In this document: positions 1 to 8,844 of the stretch, one piece after another | Position numbering within the stretch: position 1 is the stretch's first letter | How the letters are laid out: each line of letters starts with the position of its first letter | Source: Polyangiaceae bacterium | GTDB lineage: Bacteria > Myxococcota_A > Polyangia > Polyangiales > Polyangiaceae | Assembly: GCA_029941785.1 (NCBI GenBank) | Contig: JAPYTK010000004.1 | Coordinates: 1,450-65,449 of the forward strand | Reading direction: 5' to 3' | Length of the DNA stretch: 64,000 bases | The notes under the pieces: generated by a model | What the model saw: the letters and a program-made list of their open reading frames with translations, nothing else | Databases searched by the model: none | What the model was told of the DNA's origin: nothing | Made by a program: the position numbers and the translations under genes

Positions 1-2
1 CC

Positions 3-152
3 ATCGAGCTCAACAAGGCCGCTGGCGAACCGATCGACATCTACGTCAATGGGCAACTCCTCGGGCGCGGAGAGGCCGTGGTCGTCGGCGACCGCTACGG
101 TGTGCGGATCACCGAACTCCTCTCACCCGAGCAACTCACCGGCCAGCTATGA
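3..152 (+). CDS. fliN: Flagellar motor switch protein FliN, C-terminal fragment (5' end lies outside the window)
   Basis: Frame-3 translation IELNKAAGEPIDIYVNGQLLGRGEAVVVGDRYGVRITELL resembles the FliN/SpoA C-terminal domain. The stop TGA overlaps the fliO ATG (ATGA). Confidence 0.75.
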   Translation: MELNKAAGEPIDIYVNGQLLGRGEAVVVGDRYGVRITELLSPEQLTGQL

Positions 153-928
153 CAAAACGCCGCCTCCATACCGTCAGTCGCTTGGCGCTCGCTGCCAGCC
201 TGTTGACCGTGACGAACCTCGGCTGGGCCCAACGTGATCGGCCGAGCAAAGAGCACAGTGAGCTACACGCTCCGGCGTCGCCTACGGATCCGAAACCCGC
301 GCTTCACGCTGGCTCGAAGAAGAGCGGCCCGACGACGAAGATGGGGACCCTACTCAAGCTCCGGCCCAGCACACCCATCGAACTCGAGGAACAACCTTCC
401 ACTGGCGGCTGGTGGTACAAGCTGCTCGCCTGCGCGTTCATCGTGACCGGCGCGATGTGGCTTTATCGGCGTCGGATGAAGCTCAAGCCGCCGACCGACC
501 GGCACACGATGAAGATCCTCGGCCGCACGCCAGTGGGAGTGCGCAGCGAGCTGCTCATCGTCAACATCGATGGCCAGAAACTGCTCCTCGGGGTCACCCC
601 GGGATCCATTCAGCGCCTCGCCACCCTGGCAGATCCTATGGACGAGATGGTGCTCGCGGCGGCTGAACCCGAGGACAAACTCGGTGACCGAGACGCCGCG
701 GTCCCAAGCGACGCCTTCGACCCGCAATCCGAGAGGCTCACGCGCAAGAGCATGCCCGCTGAAGCTACGCCGGCGGCCGAGCCGGGCTTCGAGTATTTTA
801 TCGGAAAGGCACAACAGCAGCTTGCCACGCGGCGCGACGCGGAAGACAAGACCCGGCGCAGGCGAGCCGCGGCCGACGATCAAGACCGCAGCTTGAAGGA
901 TCTGCTCTCCGGGAGGCGCACGGGATGA
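149..928 (+). CDS. fliO: Flagellar biosynthesis protein FliO (unusually long, 259 aa)
   Basis: Single TM helix WWYKLLACAFIVTGAMWLY followed by the FliO-like block ILGRTPVGVRSELLIVNIDGQKLLLGVTPGSIQRLATL. Sits between fliN and fliP with ATGA overlaps at both ends. Confidence 0.7.
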   Translation: MTKRRLHTVSRLALAASLLTVTNLGWAQRDRPSKEHSELHAPASPTDPKPALHAGSKKSGPTTKMGTLLKLRPSTPIELEEQPSTGGWWYKLLACAFIVTGAMWLYRRRMKLKPPTDRHTMKILGRTPVGVRSELLIVNIDGQKLLLGVTPGSIQRLATLADPMDEMVLAAAEPEDKLGDRDAAVPSDAFDPQSERLTRKSMPAEATPAAEPGFEYFIGKAQQQLATRRDAEDKTRRRRAAADDQDRSLKDLLSGRRTG

Positions 929-1671
929 CGCGCTCTTCGTTCAAACGCCGTGCGATTTTCTTCGCGAGCCTCGCCGGAGGACTGTTGTTTTCCGGGATCG
1001 CGTGGGCGCAGACGACGATGGATTTGACTCAGCTCGTCGATCGCGGACTGACCGGTCCTCTCAAGATCCTCGCGCTGCTGACGATTCTATCGCTGTTGCC
1101 GGCCATCGTCTTGACGATGACCTCCTTCACCCGTGCCATCATCGTGCTCGCTTTCGTGCGGACCGGGATCGGCTCGATGCAGACCCCTCCCACGCAGGTC
1201 ATTGTCGGTATCGCCCTCTTCCTCACGATGTTCACGATGGCCCCGGTCACCAGCCAGATCATCACCGACGCCTACAACCCCTACGTCGCAGGAGAAATCG
1301 ACGAAAACACCACCTACGAACGGGCCACCGCGCCGCTTCGGGCCTTCATGCTCCGCCAAACCCGTGAAGCGGACTTGGCCTTGTTCTACAATGCCGCGCG
1401 GCTCCCATTTCCAAAGACGGAACAAGAAGTGCCCATGCACATCGCCATTCCGGCATTCGTGATTAGCGAACTCACGACGGCTTTTCAGATGGGGGTGTTG
1501 GTCTTGCTGCCCTTCTTGCTGGTGGACATCGCGGTCGCATCGACACTCATGAGCATGGGTATGATGATGGTCCCGCCAACCAGCATCAGCCTACCGCTAA
1601 AGCTCCTCCTGTTTGTCGTCGTCGACGGCTGGCACATGCTGACCGATTCCTTGTTGAGGAGCTTCATATGA
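925..1671 (+). CDS. fliP: Flagellar export apparatus protein FliP
   Basis: Signal-like N-terminus, multi-TM protein with the FliP hallmark MTSFTRAIIVLAFVRTGIG. Conserved fliOPQR order. Confidence 0.95.
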   Translation: MTRSSFKRRAIFFASLAGGLLFSGIAWAQTTMDLTQLVDRGLTGPLKILALLTILSLLPAIVLTMTSFTRAIIVLAFVRTGIGSMQTPPTQVIVGIALFLTMFTMAPVTSQIITDAYNPYVAGEIDENTTYERATAPLRAFMLRQTREADLALFYNAARLPFPKTEQEVPMHIAIPAFVISELTTAFQMGVLVLLPFLLVDIAVASTLMSMGMMMVPPTSISLPLKLLLFVVVDGWHMLTDSLLRSFI

Positions 1672-1937
1672 CTTCGGACCAGGCGCTCTATCTCATGATG
1701 GGACTGCTCGAAAACGCGGTGATGATCGCTGGACCGGTCTTGGGCGCTGCGCTCGTCGGCGGCGTCTTCATCGGCGTCCTTCAGACGGCCACGCAAATCA
1801 ACGAAATGAGCATCGCTTATGTGGTCAAGGCCGGCTGCGTGCTCCTGGTGTTCGTGTTTGCAGGCTCCGCCCTCATGGCGAAGACGATGAGCTATACGAA
1901 GACCCACTTCAACAACATCGCCAAAGTCGTGCGGTGA
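1668..1937 (+). CDS. fliQ: Flagellar export apparatus protein FliQ
   Basis: 89-aa two-TM protein between fliP and fliR. ATGA overlap with fliP and GTGA overlap with fliR. Confidence 0.9.
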   Translation: MTSDQALYLMMGLLENAVMIAGPVLGAALVGGVFIGVLQTATQINEMSIAYVVKAGCVLLVFVFAGSALMAKTMSYTKTHFNNIAKVVR

Positions 1938-2713
1938 TCCCGCTCAGCCAATTTGTCGAAGCAGCGACGGTCACCTCGCTCGTGTTCAGCCGCATCGGCG
2001 GCTTTCTCGTCGTGTCCCCCTTCCCGGGGGCTTGGGTGCCGGTCAAAGCCCGCGTCTCGCTTCTCATCAGCTTGTCGCTCTGCACAGGCATGTTCCTTCC
2101 ACCGCCGGCCCGCTCGATTGAATTTGGCCTCAGTCTTCTCCCCGTCGCCGCGTCCGATTTTGCCATCGGACTGCTGATCGGCGCCGCTTTTCGCTTCGTC
2201 ATGTCCGCGGTCGAGTTCATGGCGGGCATGGTGTCGCAAGCCTCGTGGCTGTCGGCTCCCATCTCCCTCAATCCTGAAATGGGTGGGCAAAGTCAGGTTC
2301 TCGGTTCTGTCTCCGTCCTCCTTGCCCTGTTGCTGGCCTTGGGAGTCGGTGTGCACCGGACGGTCTTCGCCTACCTCTTTGAGTCGTTTCACGTCCTACC
2401 GATTGGCGCCACTGTCTCCATACCCGCAGCCATCGTGCCGATGGTCGAGGTCGTAGGCCGCTCCTTCGATATCGGCATGCGTCTCGCGCTGCCCGTTCTG
2501 GCCGTTTCACTCGCCGTGCAAGCCGCGCTCGCCCTCATCTCCCGCGTCGCACCGTCGTTGCAGATTTTCAGCATCGGTTTCGCCGTACTCGTCGCCACGG
2601 GTCTGATGACCTTCATGGCTTCTATGCGGGCGATCGCGGCAGGGATCTTGCACTATCTTGCGACACTCCCCAACCTGATCGAGCGCGTCCTCACGTTGCT
2701 CAGCGGGACCTGA
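1934..2713 (+). CDS. fliR: Flagellar export apparatus protein FliR
   Basis: 259-aa polytopic membrane protein in the canonical position after fliQ and before flhB. Confidence 0.9.
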   Translation: MIPLSQFVEAATVTSLVFSRIGGFLVVSPFPGAWVPVKARVSLLISLSLCTGMFLPPPARSIEFGLSLLPVAASDFAIGLLIGAAFRFVMSAVEFMAGMVSQASWLSAPISLNPEMGGQSQVLGSVSVLLALLLALGVGVHRTVFAYLFESFHVLPIGATVSIPAAIVPMVEVVGRSFDIGMRLALPVLAVSLAVQAALALISRVAPSLQIFSIGFAVLVATGLMTFMASMRAIAAGILHYLATLPNLIERVLTLLSGT

Positions 2714-2714
2714 C

Positions 2715-3803
2715 ATGTCGGAAGACTCCTCCAACAAACCACATCCAGGCACGCCGAAGAAGCGGGACGAGTTCCGAAAAGAGGGGAAATTTCCGAAGGC
2801 TCGGGACACGACGGCGATCGCCACGATGTTGGCTGTGCTCGTCGTCGTCGCGGTTGGACGGGACAGCTTGGGGGTGTTGATGGACATGACCTTCAAGCGT
2901 TGTCACGGCGATCTCGACGCCATCACGCGGGGAGACGGGGGCATCGTGGCCAATTTCATCCCCCAGGCCCTCTTCTCCGTCGCCGCGCCGCCTGCCATCG
3001 CTGCCGCCTTAGCCGGCGCTGCGGCGGGTGCATGGCAATCTGGGTTCCGTTTTTATCCGGAGATGCTCAAGCCCAAATTCGAGAAGCTCAATCCCATTCC
3101 GCAGATAAAAAACCTGCTCAATCCAAAGAACGCCGCCTTTGAGCTCACCTTGGCCATTCTGCGCGTGGGTGTGGTCGGTTACGTCTGCTACGGCCAGCTC
3201 GTCGACGACATCCCCACCCTCCTGGGTTTGACGGGCTCTCCCATTGTTCACTCGGTGAGCATCACGGCCTACATGCTCCTGCGCATGACGTTAAAATCCC
3301 TCATCGTGCTGATCATCATGGCGATCATTGATTACGCCTACAATCACTACAAGCTCGAGAAAGAAATGCGGATGAGCGATCAGGACATCAAAGACGAGAT
3401 GCGCCAATTCGATCAAGATCCGCAGCTGAAGGGCAAACTCAAAGAGAAGCAGCGCCTAGCCTCCCAGAAGCGCGTACTCGCCGCAGTGGCCGAGGCCGAC
3501 GCGGTCGTCACCAACCCCACCCACATCGCGGTGGCCATTCGTTATGGACCGACGGATGCAGCCCCGATCGTGGTAGCCAAGGGACACGATCATCTGGCCC
3601 TCCGCATACGTAAGGAAGCACGTAAGCTCGGCGTCGTCATTCTCGAGAATCGACCGCTCGCGAGAGCTCTCGATGCGGAAGTCGAAATGGGTCAGCCCAT
3701 ACCGGGTCAACATTACGTCGCCGTCGCCAAGGTTTTGGCGTTCGTGTACTCGGTCAAGGGTCGCGGACAAGACCGACAACGACCCGCAGCCGCCGCGAGC
3801 TGA
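2715..3803 (+). CDS. flhB: Flagellar export switch protein FlhB
   Basis: N-terminal TM domain plus cytoplasmic domain with the NPTH autocleavage motif (VVTNPTHIAVAIRY). 362 aa. Confidence 0.95.
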   Translation: MSEDSSNKPHPGTPKKRDEFRKEGKFPKARDTTAIATMLAVLVVVAVGRDSLGVLMDMTFKRCHGDLDAITRGDGGIVANFIPQALFSVAAPPAIAAALAGAAAGAWQSGFRFYPEMLKPKFEKLNPIPQIKNLLNPKNAAFELTLAILRVGVVGYVCYGQLVDDIPTLLGLTGSPIVHSVSITAYMLLRMTLKSLIVLIIMAIIDYAYNHYKLEKEMRMSDQDIKDEMRQFDQDPQLKGKLKEKQRLASQKRVLAAVAEADAVVTNPTHIAVAIRYGPTDAAPIVVAKGHDHLALRIRKEARKLGVVILENRPLARALDAEVEMGQPIPGQHYVAVAKVLAFVYSVKGRGQDRQRPAAAAS

Positions 3804-3849
3804 TCACGAACTGACGCGAATCACGTGGGCAAACGGGCCATTTGCAACG

Positions 3850-3876
3850 CTCAGCGCTGTCCCGTGAACCGCTGAG
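3850..3876 (+). terminator. Stem-loop after flhB (possible intrinsic terminator or attenuator)
   Basis: CTCAGCG (3850-3856) pairs with CGCTGAG (3870-3876) across a 13-nt loop. No U-tract follows. Confidence 0.3.
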
Positions 3877-3914
3877 GCGCGCGTCGAGCGCCCTTCTGAC
3901 CCCTCCGAGCAAGT

Positions 3915-3929
3915 TGGCACGAAAGCTGC
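3915..3929 (+). promoter_or_regulatory. Candidate sigma-54 (-24/-12) promoter upstream of flhA
   Basis: TGGCACGAAAGCTGC versus consensus TGGCACG-N4-TTGC. GG and GC are at the exact spacing with one mismatch in the -12 box. Lies 19 nt upstream of the annotated flhA ATG. Confidence 0.5.
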
Positions 3930-3947
3930 GTAAAACAGCTCGGATAG

Positions 3948-6104
3948 ATGGAAAACGTCAACTCATCGCCGATGAAGATCCGGGACATCGCTATCCCCTT
4001 ATCCATCATCGGGATTGTGATGATGATGGTGCTGCCAGTACCAAAGCAGCTTCTCGATGTCCTGCTGACCTTCTCGATCGCTCTCGCCATCGGCATCTTC
4101 CTCACCGCTCTTTTCATTGAGGACGCCCTCGAGTTCAGCGCTTTCCCCACCATCGTACTCATCGCCACGCTGCTACGTCTCAGCCTAAACGTCGCGTCGA
4201 CCCGACTCATCCTGCTCGACGGGCCCAAGGGCGCCGACGCGGCGGGTCGAGTCGTCCGGGCTTTCGGCCATTTCGTGGTGGGTGGTGAAATCGTCGTCGG
4301 TTTGGTGGTCTTCCTGATCTTGGTCGTCATCAACTACATCGTCATCACCAAGGGCGCGGGCCGCATCGCTGAGGTGGCCGCGCGCTTCACCTTGGACGCC
4401 ATGCCGGGCAAACAGATGGCGGTCGATGCCGATCTGTCCGCCGGCATCATCGAAAACGAAGAAGCGAAGTCGCGGCGCAAGGACCTGGAACAAGAAGCCG
4501 ATTTTTACGGCGCGATGGACGGTGCGAGCAAGTTCGTACAAGGCGACGCCATCGCCGGATTGCTCATCACCGCCATCAACTTGATCGGCGGGCTCGTCAT
4601 CGGTGTCGTCAGCGGCATGGACGTCGGCACGGCCGCTCAGACCTTCTCCGTTCTGAGCGTCGGTGATGCGCTCGTCTCGCAAATCCCCGCCTTGCTCATC
4701 TCGTCTGCGGCTGGTGTGGTCGTCACACGCAGCGCCTCAGGCGAGCCCATCGGCGAAGTCTTCGTCCAGCAACTCCTCGGCCGGAAACGTGCCATGTACC
4801 TGACCGCGGCCATCATGGGCCTCATGGGTCTGATGCCCGGCATGCCGGCCCTCCCGATGCTTGGCCTGGCCGGCGCCATCGGCTGGGCGGCCAATCGCGA
4901 GGCGCAGGACAAGGCCGAGCGCGAAAGAAAGCCAACCGCAGAGCGCAGTCTCGCGGGTCCACCACCGATGGGTCCCTCGGCAGGTCCGGCCGGTGCCTAC
5001 GAAGACGCGCCCAGCGGGGCAGCGAAGACTGAAGATATCGACTCGGCGCTGAGCCTCGACATCCTCACCCTCGAGCTTGGTTACGAACTCGTCAGCTTGG
5101 TCGACGCCAAGAACGGGGGCAACCTGCTCGATCGCGTCGCCGCGCTGCGTAGAGAAATCGCCAAAGAGCTAGGCATCGTGGTGCCCCCGGTTCACGTCTG
5201 TGACAACTTGGAGATCCCCCCCGCCGGTTACCGCATCTTGCTGAGCGGCAGCGCGATCGGTGAGGGAAGCTGCCAGCCCGGCCGTGTGCTCGCGATCGAT
5301 CCCAGCGGCATGGCGCCGCCCCTCGAAGGCGACCCGACCACCGAGCCCACCTACGGCATGCCGGCACGATGGATTCAAGCACGGGACCGCGAAATGGCCG
5401 AGGCGCTGGGCTATACCGTCGTGGATCATGCGACGGTCGTCGCCACGCACTTGGCCGAGCTCGTCCGGAACCATGCTCACCGCTTGCTGGGACGGCAGGA
5501 GCTTCAACATCTCATCGACCTGTTGGCCGAGAAATACCCCAAGCTGGTTGACGACGTGGTTCCCAACTTGTTGAGTCTCGGGGACGTGCTTCGCGTGCTG
5601 CGCAACTTGCTACGCGAGCGGATCAGCATCCGCGACCTCCGCACGCTGATGGAATCGCTTGCTGAACTCAGCGATCAAACCAAAGACTCCGAGCAGCTGA
5701 CGGAATTGGTGCGCGAGCGACTCTCCCATCAAATCACGGCGATCATCAAGGGGGACGACGGCAGCATCGCAGCGTTGGCTCTCGACCCTCGGCTCGAGGA
5801 GCTGCTACGAAACTCCCTGCGAGACATCGCGGCCGGCGTCGGTGGCGCCCTCGACCCTGAATTCCTTCGGCACATGGCGATCCAGGCCGAAGAGGTACTC
5901 GCCAAGTTCAGCGTTCTCGGGGCCGCTCCCATCATCATCGCGCCACCTGACTTGAGACGCTATGTGCGCGCGATCTTCGAACACAAGGTCTCACAATACT
6001 CCGTTGTTTCTTACCGCGAGATCGAGGCGGATATCCCGCTTCGCGTGGTGGATTCGCTCGGTAAGGACTTCGCAACGGCGCTGGCGCCACAAGGAGGCGA
6101 ATAA
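3948..6104 (+). CDS. flhA: Flagellar export gate protein FlhA
   Basis: FHIPEP-family blocks FSAFPTIVLIATLLRLSLNVASTRLILL and ITKGAGRIAEVAARFTLDAMPGKQMAVDADL. 718 aa. An alternative ATG at 3972 is possible. Confidence 0.95.
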   Translation: MENVNSSPMKIRDIAIPLSIIGIVMMMVLPVPKQLLDVLLTFSIALAIGIFLTALFIEDALEFSAFPTIVLIATLLRLSLNVASTRLILLDGPKGADAAGRVVRAFGHFVVGGEIVVGLVVFLILVVINYIVITKGAGRIAEVAARFTLDAMPGKQMAVDADLSAGIIENEEAKSRRKDLEQEADFYGAMDGASKFVQGDAIAGLLITAINLIGGLVIGVVSGMDVGTAAQTFSVLSVGDALVSQIPALLISSAAGVVVTRSASGEPIGEVFVQQLLGRKRAMYLTAAIMGLMGLMPGMPALPMLGLAGAIGWAANREAQDKAERERKPTAERSLAGPPPMGPSAGPAGAYEDAPSGAAKTEDIDSALSLDILTLELGYELVSLVDAKNGGNLLDRVAALRREIAKELGIVVPPVHVCDNLEIPPAGYRILLSGSAIGEGSCQPGRVLAIDPSGMAPPLEGDPTTEPTYGMPARWIQARDREMAEALGYTVVDHATVVATHLAELVRNHAHRLLGRQELQHLIDLLAEKYPKLVDDVVPNLLSLGDVLRVLRNLLRERISIRDLRTLMESLAELSDQTKDSEQLTELVRERLSHQITAIIKGDDGSIAALALDPRLEELLRNSLRDIAAGVGGALDPEFLRHMAIQAEEVLAKFSVLGAAPIIIAPPDLRRYVRAIFEHKVSQYSVVSYREIEADIPLRVVDSLGKDFATALAPQGGE

Positions 6105-7324
6105 TGGCTCATGTATTTCGTGGTCGAACCCTAAGTGAGGCGCGTGGCGCCGCCGAAGCTGAACTTGGTCCCGAGCTGATCGTGCTGCAGAAGCGCAAAG
6201 TGAAACGCAAGGGGATCAGCGGCATGCTCGGAGCCACCGAATTCGAAATCGAAGCCGGTCGCCCGGTGTCAACGGCGATGCTTGCAGAGAAGCTGCGCGA
6301 GAGACAAGAGGAGCGTAAGGCCGCCACGGCGTCCCTCTTCACGCCTGCCGCCTACGACGATGAAGATCACCCCGCGCGTCCCGGTGTCCATGACTTGCAT
6401 CGACTCCACGATGAGGTACGAGCCATGCGAGCGATGCTCTTCCGCATGAGCAAGCACCCCAGCCGTTTGCAGAACGAACTCCTCGATCTGCGACGGACCG
6501 TCGACACGATGATGCCGAGCGCGACGACCCCCACAACGCGCACACCACGTCTCGATCAGTTGCTCGAAAGCAGCGGAGTCGACGGCGCACTCGCTCGGGA
6601 CATTGTGCTCAGCGTGCGCAAGCAGGCAGGCGGCACGAAACTCAGCCAACCCCAATTGATCGATGCCTACCGCGACGCGCTGGCCGACCGAATCCGTGTT
6701 CGGCCCTGGCCCCTCGCAGCCGACGAGCGCCAGCTCATCGCTTTGATCGGACCGCCCGGAGTAGGAAAAACGACCACCGCGGCAAAAATCGCGGCGCATG
6801 CGATCTCGAAACTAAACAAGACGGTCACATTCATTAGCTGCGACACCTTCCGTATCGGTGCGGTCGAACAGATCAAGCGATTCGCAAAGCTGCTCGACTC
6901 GCCGCTGATGATCGTCAAGAAACGCGAGGACCTCCATCGAGCAGTCAAACAGGCCTCGACCGATCTGATCTTGATCGACACCTCGGGACGGGGTCCGACC
7001 AGCGCCAACTCCGTCGAGACTGGGCTCGCAGACACCGAGGCCTTCGAGGGCCTGACTCGCCAAGTCATGCTCTGCTTGCCCGCGAGCATTCGTTATAGCG
7101 ACACGAGCGGAGTCGCCGACACCTACCGTTCGTGTAGCCCCACCACCATTGCGGTCACGAAACTCGACCTCACGAGCGCGCCGGGAGGTCTGATCCACGG
7201 CACAGCCTACACCGAACTGCCTGTGAGCACGCTGTGTATGGGGCAGCGCGTCCCGGAGGACATCGCGCCCGCTACGGCCGGACGGATTCTCGATTACCTC
7301 TCGCCAAGACGACAATTCAACTGA
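6104..7324 (+). CDS. flhF: Flagellar biosynthesis SRP-type GTPase FlhF
   Basis: P-loop LIGPPGVGKTTTAAKIA and DTSGR motif. TAATG overlap with flhA, with an AAGGAGG Shine-Dalgarno inside the flhA 3' end. Confidence 0.85.
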   Translation: MAHVFRGRTLSEARGAAEAELGPELIVLQKRKVKRKGISGMLGATEFEIEAGRPVSTAMLAEKLRERQEERKAATASLFTPAAYDDEDHPARPGVHDLHRLHDEVRAMRAMLFRMSKHPSRLQNELLDLRRTVDTMMPSATTPTTRTPRLDQLLESSGVDGALARDIVLSVRKQAGGTKLSQPQLIDAYRDALADRIRVRPWPLAADERQLIALIGPPGVGKTTTAAKIAAHAISKLNKTVTFISCDTFRIGAVEQIKRFAKLLDSPLMIVKKREDLHRAVKQASTDLILIDTSGRGPTSANSVETGLADTEAFEGLTRQVMLCLPASIRYSDTSGVADTYRSCSPTTIAVTKLDLTSAPGGLIHGTAYTELPVSTLCMGQRVPEDIAPATAGRILDYLSPRRQFN

Positions 7325-7340
7325 GCCCAAGAAAGACAAC

Positions 7341-8069
7341 TTGAGCCAAGCCCAAGCCTACGAAGCGAAACGAATGAAAGAGGTCAAGCGAACCCTGACG
7401 CGCGAGGAGTACGATCGGTACTTGCCTCTCGTCCGACGCATCGCGATGCGGTTGGCGCGCCGCATCCCGAGTCATATCAGCGTCGCAGATCTCATTTCCA
7501 GCGGCTGGCTCGGGCTCGTCGAAGCTCACTCGCGGACAGAACCCACCATGCCCACCGAGGAGTTCGAGGCCTATGCCTCTCACCGTGTGCGTGGGGCCAT
7601 GCTCGACTACTTGCGGGGCCTCGATCCCGCTACCCGCCAAGCTCGAAACGCTTCGCGCCGTGTCGCCCGTGCCATCGCTGACCTGACGCGCACCCTAGAG
7701 CGACCACCTGAGGAAGACGAGATCGCCGACGCGATGGGACTCGACCTTGAGGACTACCGCAACCTGCTCACTCAAATATCGAGCGCCGGTATGACCCGCC
7801 TCGAGGTGGTCGATCTCGATCAAATTGACTCGCCACGTGATCGGGACGACGGCCCGGACGAACTCGCAGGGCAGCGCTTGCTCGCCGGCGCGGTCGCCAA
7901 GTCGATCGAGAAGCTACCGCTGCGACTCCAACAGATCTTGGCGCTCTATTACCAAGAGGATTGTACGCTGCGCGAAATCGGGGCGGTACTCCAAGTCAGT
8001 GAATCGCGTGTTTGCCAACTACACGCAGAAGCCATGCATCGCCTACGGGCCGATCTGGGAAGGGAATAA
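7341..8069 (+). CDS. fliA: Flagellar sigma factor FliA (sigma-28)
   Basis: Sigma-70 family region 2 (YLPLVRRIAMRLARR..., SSGWLGLVEA) and region 4 HTH (TLREIGAVLQVSESRVCQLHAEAMHRLR). Position after flhF. TTG start, or ATG at 7374. Confidence 0.85.
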   Translation: MSQAQAYEAKRMKEVKRTLTREEYDRYLPLVRRIAMRLARRIPSHISVADLISSGWLGLVEAHSRTEPTMPTEEFEAYASHRVRGAMLDYLRGLDPATRQARNASRRVARAIADLTRTLERPPEEDEIADAMGLDLEDYRNLLTQISSAGMTRLEVVDLDQIDSPRDRDDGPDELAGQRLLAGAVAKSIEKLPLRLQQILALYYQEDCTLREIGAVLQVSESRVCQLHAEAMHRLRADLGRE

Positions 8070-8072
8070 ATC

Positions 8073-8792
8073 ATGGGAAGTGGAATTTATGCTGCACTGA
8101 GTGGTGCCCTGTCCCACCAGCGACAGCTGGAGACGACGGCCGCGAACCTCGCGAACGTATCCACGGATGGCTACCGCGCCGTGAGGCCCGTCTTTCACGA
8201 GGTCCTCTCCCAGATACCGACCCCGCGGGAGCGTACGCATTTTTCGGTCGTACGAAGCACGGCCATCGACACGAGCCGAGGGCCCCTCAAGACGACGAAA
8301 CGTCCCCTCGACATCGCCCTGGCCAGGAATTCCTTCCTCGCGGTGGAGACACCAGCGGGAGAGCGCTACACCCGCGCCGGCTCGCTCACCCTCAACGCCA
8401 ACGGTGTGCTTCAGACACGCTCAGGTTACACCGTGCTGAGTGACACCCAAGAACCGATCGTCATCGATCAAGACCAAGAGGTCACCATCACCCCACAAGG
8501 CGAAGTGCGAGCCGGCGAAGAGGGCGTGGCCTTCTTGAGAATCGTCAGATTCGAAAACGCACGCCAAATGACCTACGAGGGGGAAGGCCTGTTGGCCGCT
8601 CAGGCGGAAGCGGGGCCGGCCACCGCGTCGGACGAATTGCTCGAAGTGGGTCGTCTCGAACAGAGCAATGCCTCCGCCGTCACGGCGATGACCGATTTGA
8701 TGACGGCCACGCGGATGTTCGAGGCGATGCAGCGGGCCATCTCGACCTTCGCGAAGATCAATCGACGCCTCGTGAGAGTCGTTCCGAAGTAG
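8073..8792 (+). CDS. flgF: Flagellar basal-body rod protein, FlgF/FlgG family
   Basis: N-terminal rod motif IYAALSGALSHQRQLETTAANLANVSTDGYRA and C-terminal LEQSNASAVTAMTDLMTATRMFEAMQRAI. 239 aa fits FlgF length. Confidence 0.75.
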   Translation: MGSGIYAALSGALSHQRQLETTAANLANVSTDGYRAVRPVFHEVLSQIPTPRERTHFSVVRSTAIDTSRGPLKTTKRPLDIALARNSFLAVETPAGERYTRAGSLTLNANGVLQTRSGYTVLSDTQEPIVIDQDQEVTITPQGEVRAGEEGVAFLRIVRFENARQMTYEGEGLLAAQAEAGPATASDELLEVGRLEQSNASAVTAMTDLMTATRMFEAMQRAISTFAKINRRLVRVVPK

Positions 8793-8844
8793 AGCACGAA
8801 CCGTCGATGCGCGACGGTACCGGGTGGTCGCGCGGAGCGGTCGC

